Of a stretch of 64,000 nucleotides of DNA, positions 49,521 to 62,464 are shown piece by piece. The translations under genes were made by a program, and so were the position numbers. Positions within the stretch are counted from its first letter, which is position 1; each line of letters starts with the position of its first letter. The notes under the pieces are model-generated. The model was not told the DNA's origin. It did no database searches and saw nothing but the letters and a program-made list of their open reading frames with translations. The stretch is from positions 68,882,001 through 68,946,000 of the forward strand of contig CM060731.1 in NCBI GenBank assembly GCA_030704615.1, given 5' to 3'. The stretch comes from Takakia lepidozioides (lineage: Eukaryota > Plantae > Bryophyta).

Positions 49521-51161
49521 ATCCTCCCCGGACTCAGAGACCTGCCAACACACCCCACATTCACCGGCAGACCACCAGCCTCTCCCCCAATCCCAGAATT
49601 CACTCCATGACTAGTTTTTTTTTCCTGACGACACCCTTGAGAGGTGCTGTCACACTTGCAGGAAGAGACCTCTTTAAGACAGCTCACCCCAATCACTACA
49701 AGCCTACGTACAGAACAAAAAAACAAATCCCCAAATCTGATGCCCACATCAAGAAACACAAAACCCAAGCATTACCATCCCTGACGGCATGGCTGTAGGA
49801 TCTAATCAATTGGCATGTAGAACCCGAGCACTAGCTGAATGCAGCATAAGCAAGAGGTGTAAAGAGAAAAGCGCAAAGGAGGAAAATGGGCGAGCTTGTA
49901 CCTAAGGCGAACAGACGGCTGCTCACTGAATTCGTGGCTGCGCAGCCCTTCTCGCACCTTGTAAATGTAGGTGAAGCAGCAGATGTAAACGCAGCGGCCA
50001 GCTCTAAAGACAAACAAAAGCTCCACGGTGCAAAACGGAACAGCGGCCCGCACACACCCACATTGCAAAGAGCCCAAATAAGCGCACAAAGAAAACAATC
50101 AAGCGCATGCAGGGCTAAATAGGATCGACACAGGAAGGAAGAAGGAGCGTAAAATGAAGATCTGCACACAACAAGCTGCGAGCCCTCGACATGCACAAAC
50201 AAGAGAGAACGAAGGACACGAAGTGCCCGTCCCTCCCACCTCCCGCCACCCTTCGCTGTGCCGGGGGGAGATGTGGCTGTCCGCACGGGCGGACAGGCAG
50301 CCCCCCTGGCACCCTACGCCGCCAAATGCATGAACCCACCCCATCCAGCCGGCCACGTGGCAGGTCAACCCTGCTGGAGGGCCCCAAACCACTGATTTTT
50401 GGTTACCCCCATGCTTTCCAAAAAATCCTGCGGGCTGTCCTTTAGGATTTTTATTCATCTCGATGATTTTCATCCAATCAAAAATTTCCGGCGACCTGAT
50501 TCAGGTCGCCTCGTCCATTAGGGGTTAAATGCCGCATAATGTGGTGCCAAAACTATGGAAATTTTGGGCGAAATATCGGCAAGTTTATTTTTGTGGCAAT
50601 CTAGGATGAATGAAGGCCCTGTGCAATGTAAGTATGATTTGGTTCTTTTCTAAACCTAAATTCTCGGATGGCACTCTGGCGGCGAGAGAGATGATGGCTT
50701 TGAGCTAAGTGTGAATCACGAGCAGCTGACAAACCTGGTCACCACAGCTACTCGATGGCAAGCAGACTGTTTAAGCACCGACGAATGTACGAATGTTTAT
50801 GAAGCGTAGTGAGAAGCCTTGTTTTCTTCTCCTCCTTAAAGACGACCAATGAGGATTGGGCAAGATATGCTGGGGACTTCGATTTTGGTATCTGCTATCG
50901 CAGGATAGGCTGGCGAGATATATAAAGGGGCACCTCGTGAGATTAGTGATTATGTGAACAATGCCACCAGGCCAGAGTGACAGGCTGCTAATTTATAAGA
51001 GGAGGGGCACCTTATTCTGCCTACGCTTGTGATGTGGGTTAAGTGAATCATTGTCGTGCTGTGCCAGGGTCATGCTCAGTTGGTTGTAGTCGCTCAGTTG
51101 GCTGTAGTCCCTGGAGCTCTGACTTTGCTTTCACTTCAGCTATTGGCTGTCCTTCTGCAGT

Positions 51162-52756
51162 ATGGCGATCACCGATTTTGTGGAAACGTCCTCAACAAAT
51201 GGCTCGACCAAATTAGGCCTGCTAGCAACGAGTTGCTTGACCGCCGCAAATGGGACTGTAGCACTAAGTGGCCCATCAAAAATTCCAGACGCTAGTGATA
51301 CTCCATCACTCAATCTGAAGAACAGCAGCAATGGTCACGCGCCCCATGTTTCCTCACCCGTTTCGGAACAGGTGGCCGCACGTACCAGGCGTCCCATGCG
51401 TTCTGGGAATTGGTTCAGCCAATCCTGACTGGTCCTTCGAGATGAAAGACTTTGCTCGGATGTTGGAAGATCAAGAATTTAAGGTGACCCCGGAAGGAAG
51501 GTACTTCTTGGATCGCATTGGTAAGTCAACCACTGGCATGACCCTACCAGCTCTTGACATCCAGTTGGTTAAAGCTCTAAATCTTCCAAATACAGCCAAG
51601 CACCAGTCGGCCGTCTTCTTTGGTTGCCATGCCGGAATGGTTGGAATGCGTTCAGCCTTTGAAATTGCCCAGGCCAATCCTGCCAACCGTGTTCTCGTAC
51701 TATGCGTCGAAGTCCCCTCCGTCCAAGTCCAGAACATCGATCCAGAATACACCCTCCTAAACAATATCGTGACAGCAGCCATCTTTGGTGATGGCGCTTC
51801 TGCTGCAGTGGTAGGGAAACCAACCAAAACTGAGAGACCTTTATTCGAGATCCACCAGTGCAAGCCTTTTGTGGTTCCCGATTCTGGCAAGAACATCACA
51901 GCTTTCATCACCCAGACTGGCCTACTGGCTAATATAGATAAAGTTGTCCCCAAGCGTGTGGGTGAGGTGACACCGGCATTTGTCACCGATCTTCTGAAAG
52001 GTACCAATTTGGACTTCAATTCCGTGGCGTGGGCGGTCCCTCCTGGTGGCAAACCAGTTCTGGATGCAATTGAGAAGGAGTGTAAGCTGACGCCTGACAA
52101 GCTTCAAATTAGCAGGTCATGCAGTACCGAGTCTCCTCTTTGTCATAATCCAAGCGTCCCAAGATGTTCTCTTAAGTAATTATGGGAAATTATGGCTTTT
52201 GTGAATAGATCAGTTTAAGAGTCAAATAGATTTACCCCAGATTTACCCCCCCCCCTTAGTTTGTGGTTGCTGTGAGCCCCATTCCCCAGAGAGGATACTC
52301 CGAGCCTCGAGGTCAAGTTTAAAGCATGCATGATGTCGGAAGTCAGTTAGTCTGAGGATATGTTGCAGTGCAGTAGAGTAATTATTTATTGCAGCATGAC
52401 CAGCAAGCCTTTATGTATAGATTAGTTTCCTCCAATGTCGATAAATCCTAGGCAGCGAGTGACAGCCGGAACTCTATTTATCGACTCTTTATTGCATGAC
52501 GATGCAATCATGTCTTGAATCGGTAGTCTGAAGTTAAGTTTTCAAATGTTGAGTGTGACTGCAGAGATGTGTTGGACCAATATGGAAACATGGGTGGAGC
52601 AACGATCCTATTCGTGCTGGAAAAATTCGTAAAAGAAGCCAAGAAAGAAGGAGATCACGAATGGATGGTTTCTTTGGCTGTTGGCGGTGCCATCCTCCGC
52701 CTGATGAAGTAAGAGAAGGAAAAGTCTGGGAAGGCCTCTTGTTGAACAGGGAATAG
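51162..52756 (+). pseudogene. ORS: Type III polyketide synthase, 2'-oxoalkylresorcinol synthase (ORS)-like, pseudogene
   Basis: VLGIGSANP, GCHAG (catalytic Cys), VQVQNIDP..LNNI..IFGDG (resembles Physcomitrium ORS as I recall it), YGNM after intron 52116-52564. Lesions: frameshift near 51395, internal deletion after DRIGKS, HPGG>PPGG, disrupted C-terminus. Confidence 0.8.
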
Positions 52757-53759
52757 AAGACTGGCCCAGCGTTGACCAAATCTGTCCATTGGCCGGTAAT
52801 TATGCATTGTCAAGACATCTCTAATGGTACGTCGACCGACGGTCTCACTGATCAAAAGCACACAGGCGACTACGACGCGTGCAGATGTTCGTCCTATTAG
52901 AGTTCTCAAATGTGTTAAAGGTTGTAAGCCGCATCCAGTTAGCAGCATATGCAGACTTCTTCTATAGTACATATTGTAGAGTATGGTCTTTACACCCTTG
53001 ACTCCACCTTAGGCATTTAACTGGTTTTACCTTTAGTTCACCGTAAGTGGACTTTGTACAGTAGAAGTAGTGGAATAGGCGATGGTCTCTGTAGCGGCAG
53101 CATGTGCTCGTTGGCATCAGTGAAGGGTCACCACCCTTCACACTCATTAGGAGCTTGACTAATTTTTTTTGGACTCAGCCGCCCACGGGGCTTACTTATG
53201 TGGCACTGTTTTTTCTCTTAAACTGATCTTTTGATTACTGTCAACACATATATACCCTCATCCCAAGGCACCAGCTGTGAGAGTCTGTTCGCAGGTATAG
53301 CTTCTATGTCAATATTTATCCCGCATAGATAGATGTCTGGTCCTCATGGCAATATTGTGCATTTCACGTAAATGGATGTGCCATGTGACCCAATTGTACC
53401 GCTTCTGCTATAATTCAAGTTACGAAGCTGGTTGCACTAGAATAAGTACTCCTGATACTAAGCGCCCTCAATGTTCTGTAAGTACAAACGATACGTCTTT
53501 AAATTCTCCTAGTCCTTAAGTTTGTAGAGCAGATTTGGGGTACCTGCGCCATACACACATTATCGCTGGATGTCCAACTTGATTCTCTGAAGGAAAAGGA
53601 GAGTGTTTGTTCAACTCTCGCAATCGGGTATGTAACTAGGGCAGTGTGTGCTGCATGCAGTCCCCCTGTAGCTTCCCGAACCCGCTACATATATCTAGAT
53701 GCTTGATAGTTCGCTCACTTGAGAATATCACCGTCCTATCATCAGCTACATACCTCTTC

Positions 53760-56179
53760 TCAAGGCACTGGCGGCCGTAAAGTTGCAGATACAATGGTGA
53801 TCTGGTTTGGAGATAACAAAATACAAGGGGCAAAATATGAAACTGATAGGCTTACATTCCAAAGACCTAATTTGATCACATCAATTTGGATTGAAACTTG
53901 AAACCAAAGTTAGATAATCCAAACACCTTTCCAATGATATATGACACACTACCATGAGTGAAGAGCACAAAAAGTAAAAGACCAAAATGTCAAACAAGAT
54001 CAAACTGCCACAAAAACAACATGAAATGGAATGGGGTCAGATTTTGGGACCTACAAGATTGACATAAACTTGGATTGCCATGAAACTTGAAACCAGAGTT
54101 AGATAATCCAAACACCTTTCCAATGACATATCATACACTACCATGAGTAAAGATCACAAACGGAAAGCCTGAGCATCCTTCACACCAAAGGATATGTTCT
54201 AAAGCAAATGAGATTTGGTGACATCTGACAAAGGGATCAAGGAGCCCTGCTGAAAATATAAAGTCAAACTTCTCATGAAGTTAGGCCAGCTCTTCAAATG
54301 AATGCTAGGAAGCACTGTCGTTTTCTCCAGCATTGCACTAGCGGGTATGCTTTGGACGATCTAGCAAGAGACCAAAATGTCAAGCAAGCTCAAACAAAGT
54401 GAAGGGAATGGGGTAAAGTTTTGGGATCAAACAAGCTTCACATCAAATGGATGTGCAATGAAATTTAAAATCATGAGTTAGAAAACCAAGCTATGCGTAC
54501 ATGGCCAGGCTATGCCACGCCCCGATGTACCGATGGATGCACTGAAGTTGATTGGTGCTCATTCAAACTGGTCATTGGTAAATTTCAAGAGTCAACTGAT
54601 GTGGTTGAGATTTAAAAAATTAATCAATGCATGTGCACATTCTTTGAGATTACCTTTGAAGTTGTAAGTAGAGGTTCTCTACTGGTTGTGAAACCCACAG
54701 TTGCTATCTCCATCCAAGTTACGTCCACGATGCGAATCTAATGTTCACTGTACTGTGGACGTTGAAAATGCTCATGGCAGCGGAGCTGTTTGGATTTTCA
54801 TTTCAAACACCACACCCTACAAACAGATGAAGGATAATGAGAGCGTAGGCGGAATAAATTTTAGTTTTGGAGGTGCGGATGTTACCTACGCATTCGGATA
54901 TCGTTCTTTGAGTACTCAAGTGGATGAGTGCGAGGGACTCTGTGGAGGGGGGAGTCCTACCTACGCATTCGCCGATATCGTTCTTTGAGTACTCAAGTAG
55001 ATGAGTGTGAGGGACTCTGTGGAGCGGGGAGTCCTCTCCAAAAAGCATCTAGCAAGGTCTGTTGTTTTGGTGGGTTTGGCAGTCAACGACTACTTTGCCT
55101 ACAACGTAGATGGATCCCTTGAGGTACACTTGGCTCTTAAGTACTACACATACATCGAGCTTTATCACGACTTAGAGCTTTACCATGCACGTTGAGTTGA
55201 TCAGTTTTGAACTCGCGGAAATGTAAAGTTCAATCTGTGCTGGCTAGGATTACGAATCGATTTGACTTTTTATATGTATAATCTTTCGAAATTCCGTTTA
55301 CTATAATCTACAAACTGCCAATTTGGTGACATGGTGTCAAGTACGTCCTGCCATTTTGGTTGGAACAGGCGGTACCTGCAATGGAAACCACTGTGGTGGA
55401 TAGCATTGCATACAGTGTGCGGCACATCTACAACCTGGGCATTCGTACCATCTTGGTAGCGAACCTGGTTCATATGCCATGTGTGCCATTCATCACTGCA
55501 CCTGTAAACTTCACCGAATGCGTGAACAATGTAACTATAAACAATGAGAGTGTACATTACAACCTCTTGAACTGGAGAAGGCTCTGGGGACACTCAACAA
55601 GGGTCTGAAGGGAAGCCACATTGTTCTTCTCAACCTCGCACTTGTACGTGGATAACTCGCCTCAGTCTTGTGGCGCTCGAGTTCTAGTGCATATAAACTC
55701 GATCTTAGGCAGAGGTCCGGTGTTATCTAATATGCCGGACCACTATATTTAAATCATGCTCTTAGTTTCAAGAAACTCTCCAATTCCCTGCAGGATGAGT
55801 TCTGACGTACCTCTCACACGAGCTAAACTCATGAATATACTCCGAGTATCGAAACTGCTGGTTCACGTTGAGAGTTCCAACCTACAGCTCCGGACGGGCA
55901 TATGATTTTATGCCTGAAACTAAAACTAAAGATTTGCGAATCCACTGGCACATCGTTGCACGGGTAAATATGAGTACAATCTTACCGTTTGTGGCTACCT
56001 GGGAAGGGGAACCACTTTATACACTTTATACAGTTTGTGAAGATCCCTCGAAGTCAGTTTTCTTTGATGGTGTACATCCCACTGAGGCGGCATGGAAGGC
56101 AGTTATTGATCTCTACTCATCTGTATCTGGCTTCACCTACCCGATGCTTAAAACATGGGCAAAGAAATACGATGTCTAG
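53760..56179 (+). pseudogene. GDSL/SGNH esterase-lipase pseudogene
   Basis: FGD block I cut by an insertion; TWPGY..DG; GINFSFGGA (block II); GLAVNDY (block III); FFDGVHPTE (block V). Tandem duplication of about 73 bp at 54884-55033. Confidence 0.8.
53815..54490. repeat. Insertion containing tandem repeat units of about 183 bp
   Basis: GAAACTTGAAACCA.AGTTAGATAATCCAAACACCTTTCCAATGA repeated. Interrupts the first GDSL exon. Confidence 0.65.
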
Positions 56180-56989
56180 TGAAGACCGTTGTTTGTGAGT
56201 CTAGCACCTTTGTTTAATCGTGATGAGAAACATGAGCCTGCAAAATGATGTGTTATTCGGAGCATACTACGCTTACCCAATGAGTTGAATGCAAGGCGTG
56301 GGATGCCTGCCAGTACGGTCGCCGGGGATGGACGTTCCGTCAAATCCCCACCCCCCTTGCTCCCCTCTCACCTGCGAGCCTGTAAAAATATAGAGTAAAA
56401 CACTAGAAAATCAAGTGATGTGCAAGTAGCAGATTGTAGTGTGGTGGTTAGGTGATGTGCTTCCATAGAGATGAGGTCTAACGTTCAATTCGTGGCAATG
56501 AAAGTGCATTGACTGATTGGATACACATGGGACTAATTAATGTATTTTCTTAGCTCCAAAATAATCCTAATACCATCACTATTGCGGCGAGCTTTAAAGG
56601 AGAAAGAGACAAAGGACTTAACTTCATCTGACAGGAACTCACATGCACACAGTCCATTGAAGAGGCAATGGTACAGTCCCGCAGAATGTTCAAAGAATAA
56701 GAGAGAGGGCAACTGAAATTTAGTGTATCCGTCCCCAACTTAGGCTTATTGGCCGAATGTCCAACAACTAGAACCACAAAAACGGAAGAAAAATCAAACT
56801 GCAACCGTTTAGGAACCTGGCAAAGTGCCTCAGGCACATAAGCTGCTTAGAGTACTCAAGGCACTTGGGGTGGCTAAAACCTCTCCTAGGCTAGGGGGGA
56901 AATCTCTTCCAAGGAAATCCAGTATCTCCACACTAGTCATATCCTCACAAGACATCTTATACCATCTTACTCTTCCAATCCCTGGTACA

Positions 56990-59460
56990 TTGCTCATGGT
57001 CTACCAAAGCCTTGATCCCACACCCATGCTACGCATATCCTGCAATCACAATTCGTTTGGCCATATTGTTGAACACTCCCTTTGCTCCCTTGATGCACCC
57101 ACATTTGGCATACATGTCCACCAGGGTAGTCTGGTACAATTTCAGCTTTGACAATTCGCCATGGACGTCTTTGCCCTTTTCCAGGGCTGCCAAGCTCGTA
57201 CCGCATTGCAAACACAAACAAACGTTGTGGTTGGGCTTCATCCCCTTTCCACATCATTTGCTCATGGCTAAAAACCCATGCTTCGTAAATCCTGCCATCA
57301 TCATATTCCAAGTTCTCAACACTCGTTCAGGCATAAATTGCCAAACACTTGGTGTGCATCCACAATGCTCCCATATTTGACATACATGTTGACAAGGGTG
57401 AAACAATCTCCATTTTCTGATACTCTCATCAGAGGACCATCAGGAACATAGTCCCTGCACCTCCGTTCACCAACTTTCAAAATCTTTGAGGCTGAGCCTA
57501 TCAAGCCCGTGGCTTGTTGCTGGGCAGCTCACATATTGATGCTTGTGGCAGGCAGCCTTTCTAGAGGAAATCTGGAAAGCCCAAACTGCCACATGCGAAG
57601 AGGTACTTCAGATGGGGCGGTGATCCATGTGCTCCCTTCCTACACATATATTGCTGTTGAGATTTCTTCCATTTGTAACTAGGATGCGCATTTACAAAAC
57701 GTGCTTCAAACAGCTAATTTCAAAGCTTTAGGTCTCACAAATTTATTCCACTATAAAGGGATTAAAACTGCAGTGAAAAGGACCATGCTTAGCATGTTGT
57801 TAGGCCTACCTGACTGTATGCATCTGTCATGTGGGATGACGACTCGATTCCAACCATGCCAAAACGTTAGACTCCATTCAGCTTTTCACCCATGTCGGGC
57901 ATATCCTGCAATCATCGAGTTCCATGACACCCCATTTCATCAGCAATATTCTCAAACACCCATTTGCATCCTCGATGCTCCCATGTTAGACATACATTTT
58001 CATCAGGGCACAGTTCCAAATGACATGTGGAATGACTCCAGCTTTGACTGATGTCACCATGGAGCTCTTTTCCCTTTTCCAGGTATGCCAAGCTTGCACA
58101 GGCATTGCAAGAGAGAGACATTAAGTACTGCCTCCTTCCTTCAAATTCTGTAGAGCCTCTTTCAGTCGCCTTGCAAGCCTCACCAAGCATCTTCACATGC
58201 CCAGCAGTGCCAAAAGAATTTTTGTGGGCCTGCTCTCTTAGTCGTCTTAAGCTGTCGTCATGGAGGAGGTCCTGATTTATTCACTATAAAACGGCTGCTA
58301 CTTCCAGTTGACCATCTAAACATGAATGTTTTTTGTAGCTATCAATCCACAGGGAATCATAGCTTGAAATTATATGGCCCTATCAGATCAGTCCGGACCC
58401 ACACTCCATCCCTGCTACTTAAACTATCTCTACGTTGGAAAGAATAATGCACGGACCCTCCCCTTGCTACTAGCAGCTGTGAATGACAGCCTAAACGACA
58501 GCGTGCAAACAGCCCAACCCTACTTATCATACACTAGTTCCTTTGCTGAATTTCTCCCAAGACATACCCAAATGTGTTGGGAAGAGAGAGGATAACGGCT
58601 TGCAACAAAGCTTGCCAATGCATCTTGTTGTCTGCTTCGCGCAGTAATTGAGCAGGCATCCACCTTTCTGCCTTCATTGTCCAACCATTGACTGGGCCTG
58701 ATAAAATATTCCTTCAAAAGCTTCTCCTTGTCCCGTATCTGTTTTTGGATACTTCCCTGTTGGCACATTGGCAGTAACATGTCAAAAGCACTCCAACTTT
58801 AAAAATTAGGGACAACACTGATAAGAGAGCAAAACAGGCTGAATGTGTTGAAGAGGGTGTCCTCATTGGCACTGATTTTATCCCTCGTGCCACAGCTGCT
58901 GCTGTTTCCAATTGATTCATCATTGTTTCTTGTACCTATACATCCATAGGGAATCTTGTGCTTGAAATCTGGTCCTCTTGGATGAATCTGGATCCACGCT
59001 CTATCCCTGCTCCTTCATCTATATATCCTTTCCCCTACACCAGTCATGGATGTACATAGATAGTCGCCTTACTATTAGCAGCTGACAATGACAGCCTATA
59101 TTTTTCAAGCAGACACCCCAACCCTACTTATCACACACTAGTTCCTATAATGAGCTGTAAAAATCTGCTGGGGAGAGAGAGGAAAAAATTCCCAACAAAG
59201 CTTTGCAATGCATCTTGTTGTCTGTTTCTCTCTGTAATTTAACAGGCATTCACCACCATGGACTTGGGTCTGAAAAAAATTCCTTCCAAAGCTTCTCCTC
59301 GTCTCTGCTATCTGTTTTTGGATATTTCCTCTTGCCACTCGCCAGTAACACGTCAAAATCACTCCAAACCACCGTAGATCCACCCAAAGAGCTCACTTGC
59401 AGAATTCAACATGAAAATTTAAGGACAACTCTGACAAGAGGGAGAAACAGGCTGAAATGG
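56990..59460 (-). pseudogene. PPR fragments and their N-terminal modules
   Basis: SLAALEKGKDVHG..LVDMYAKCGCIKGAKGVF; CNACASLAYLEKGKELHG. Same modules as in 14-33 kb. Confidence 0.75.
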
Positions 59461-60221
59461 ACAAACTTCTTCACATCGAACAGTCAGAAAGCTACACCTT
59501 GAAATTGCGGTTGTCCCACCATTGTGAAGGTTATTTCAAAAAATCGACAGCTGGGCAGCCACGTACAGTCCCAACCCTCCCAAGTACCTTGCATGCACAT
59601 CCTCTTTCCATGCCCTTCTCAGGAACAGCCTCGATTCGGACTGTAAAAGCAGTTTTAGCAGAGCAAAACGAGATTCTAACTTCACTCAGCAACTTGGGGT
59701 ACAATCGTACAATTCCAGTCCAACACAACTCATGGATTCCGCCGGGGTCGAGGCCGTACGATCATACTAGAGTTTAGTCAAACTCTCTCAGACTCCTCAT
59801 CCACATGAAGATCCCGCGCCTTCAAAGCGAATGTCCCACCATTGTATCGATCTTTAAAGAACTGATTCATGCTCCAGCCTTGACCTAATAAAAGGAACCC
59901 GCCAAGTGTTTCGTGGCATCAAATTAAACTCGAGACTGCGCTGACGGCTCGACCCCGCCGCGCACGGTAATTGATATATATATATATATATATATGATTT
60001 ATTTTTATTTTTGTTATACGAACAGGGGGATTGGAGATTGGAGCCCTGGAATATTTATTAAGGTAAGGAAAAAATAACCTTACAAAGCCATAAGGCAGAT
60101 GATAGAGGTACCACTCAGAACCAATAGCCTGAGAGAAGGGGGGGGATTATTTATTGATATTGAAAAATGAGAATGCCATGAGGGGGACTGGATTTTACAT
60201 AGGTAGGACTTTTACACTTTT

Positions 60222-60365
60222 TCTTTTTTCTTTTTGGTCCAACTTTTTTTTTTTTTTTACCTCTTATAACAGGAAGGCCTTCATGACACACCAGACAGTG
60301 GTTTGAACCCACAACCACATCCAACGTGGTATGTGCCCATTACCACTGGCTACATACTGGTTGTC
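60222..60365 (-). mobile_element. tRNA-derived SINE
   Basis: - strand A box TAGCCAGTGG, B box GGTTCAAACC, A-rich tail, 9-bp TSD TACACTTTT (60213-60221, 60366-60374). Confidence 0.7.
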
Positions 60366-61168
60366 TACACTTTTGAGAATGATATGAGACTAGGGCTTCG
60401 CGTTGCTCCGCACTACTAGCGACGATTCTAAGACCTATGTTCAATTTTCACAAAAAGGGGTGGGTCATTCCCATGGTGTTACATGCATACACTGTGTATT
60501 TCATTGTTTTTCGGAAGAAGAACGGAGGAGTGTTGTTGAAGCTATCATGTTATTTTTATTTTTCAAAGAAAAGAGGGCTGAAATTCTGCTGGTCTCTCCT
60601 GTTCAACATCCCCAGAGTTTGACGCAGCACATAAAGATTGCCACTAAGACTAAGCTGCATTACCACAGGTAGACACCTAAGACTTTCAAAAGAAAGAAAA
60701 GGAAAAAAAAAAAAAAAAAAAACGGGAAGCTACTTCTCACAAATCAGGCCCTTCATTATGGTGAGGAGAAAATAACCTCTTTGATAAAGATAAAGGTAAA
60801 TTTTCTTTAATGTCCAATGAATCTATAGAGCCTACTGCTCAACACAGCCCATCTAGAGGCCAATGGTCGGTTTGAAGGCACATGTTGAAGGATTGAACCC
60901 AAGATCACTAACCGAGCACAAGGCTCATGGGACCCCGGGGGTGGGGGGATGGGGGGTGGTTGGGGAGAAGATCATACCACACACGACAAGGTTGATTTTT
61001 CTTTATATATTTGCGGTAACTCGTATTAAATCAAGGGAAATAACCTTGGGAGAACTTTAAGGCCTTACCAGAAGGTGGGTAACATATCCTGGGGAAAGAT
61101 ATTTTTTAGTTTGGTAGGTGAAACAGCTGTCTGGAGTGTTTTCTGGCTGCTGTATTACCCTGAGTTTA

Positions 61169-62460
61169 TTACCAGTAGTCCCCACAAGAACACACCCCAT
61201 TGTTGAAGTGATGAAAGCAGATGGCATCCCTTGCAATAATTTCTCGTGCAACAATTTTGGAAATCAACTTGGTGCTAGTGTGGCAGTCCCCACATACACA
61301 TAGGTTTTTAATGCTGCGGATAGGGGTCCTAGGGGGTGTGCTAATGAGCCCAAAAGCTATGGCCAGCTTTTCGCTGTGGTGGTAAAGAGCCTGTTCCTTC
61401 ATATGCTGATCCACATCACGCAACACAAAAGCGTGTCTCAGGCACATATCCCGCCTCCTTAATCTGCCAAGTCAATCTCTCTAACGCATCATAGATCTCC
61501 TCTGCTTGTGAGTGAGATCTATCTCCAACGGCAAATGTATCCATCTTGTGATTCCATCTTGAAAATACATTCTGCAGCACACTCTGCTAACTCCACATTT
61601 CCATAGATTCTGCAGGCACCAAGCAAGGCCCCCCACACTGAAGCACCTGGTTTGAGTGCCATGTTGGCAATGAAATCTTCTTCATCCAAGCGCCCTGCAC
61701 GGCCAAGGAGGTCAACCATGCAGGTGCAGTGCTTTTCTGTTGGTGTAATGTCATGCTCTTGACACATGGATTGAAAATAATGACCACCTTCATCTACAAG
61801 GCCCAAATGGCTGCATGCAGAGAGAACACCAATAAATGTGACCTCATTTGGCTTCACACTAGTTTAAACAGTTGGAGAGCCTCGTGACCACGCCCATGCT
61901 GAGTGTATCCTATAATCATCGTAGTCCATGAGACCACATCTGGTTTAAGAATTTTATCAAACCTCCCGTGCATCCTCTACACTCCCACATTTGGTATACA
62001 AATCAATGAGGGCATTCCTGACGTAGCATCTGACTCACACACAGATTTGATAATGTAGGCATGGACCCACTTGCCCTGTTCCAGGGATGCTTCACACCCT
62101 CTCTTTGCATTTGTCGAAAGAGTTTGAAAGCCTCCTCACCATGACCACTATGTGCACATCCTCCAATCATCGCAGTCCATGAGACCACATCTCGCTTAGG
62201 CATTCTGTCAAACACATTGAGTGCATCCATCACACTCCTGCACTTGCAATACATACTGACAAGGGCATTCCTGAGTCCAATATCTGACTCAAATTCAGCT
62301 TTGATGATGCTGGCTGTTTGCCACGTTCTAAAGCCTCCGGGCCAGCACAAGCGTTGAGGACAATAATAAAAGAGACAATATCTGCCTTCATGCCTTCTCT
62401 TTGCATGCGCTGAAAGAGTTAAAAAGACCATGACCATGCTGAGCAGATCCTGCAATCATA
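61169..62460 (-). pseudogene. PLS-E-DYW PPR RNA-editing factor pseudogene
   Basis: VSWTAMIGG; TFIGVLSACSHLGLVDEG; WGALLGAC; HHSEKLA..CGDCH..CSCGDYW*. Frameshifts and deletions. Confidence 0.92.
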
Positions 62461-62464
62461 GCCC

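Larger units (their letters stand above)
39527..50524 (-). mobile_element. piggyBac transposon (about 4.2 kb net) with nested MULE
   Basis: Perfect 17-bp TIRs CCCCTAATGGACGAGGC, TTAA TSDs (39523-39526, 50525-50528), piggyBac transposase inside. Confidence 0.95.

Noticed and set aside
56430-56500. tRNA-like A/B box sequence
   Set aside because: No convincing cloverleaf, tail or TSD. At best a degraded tRNA-derived fragment.
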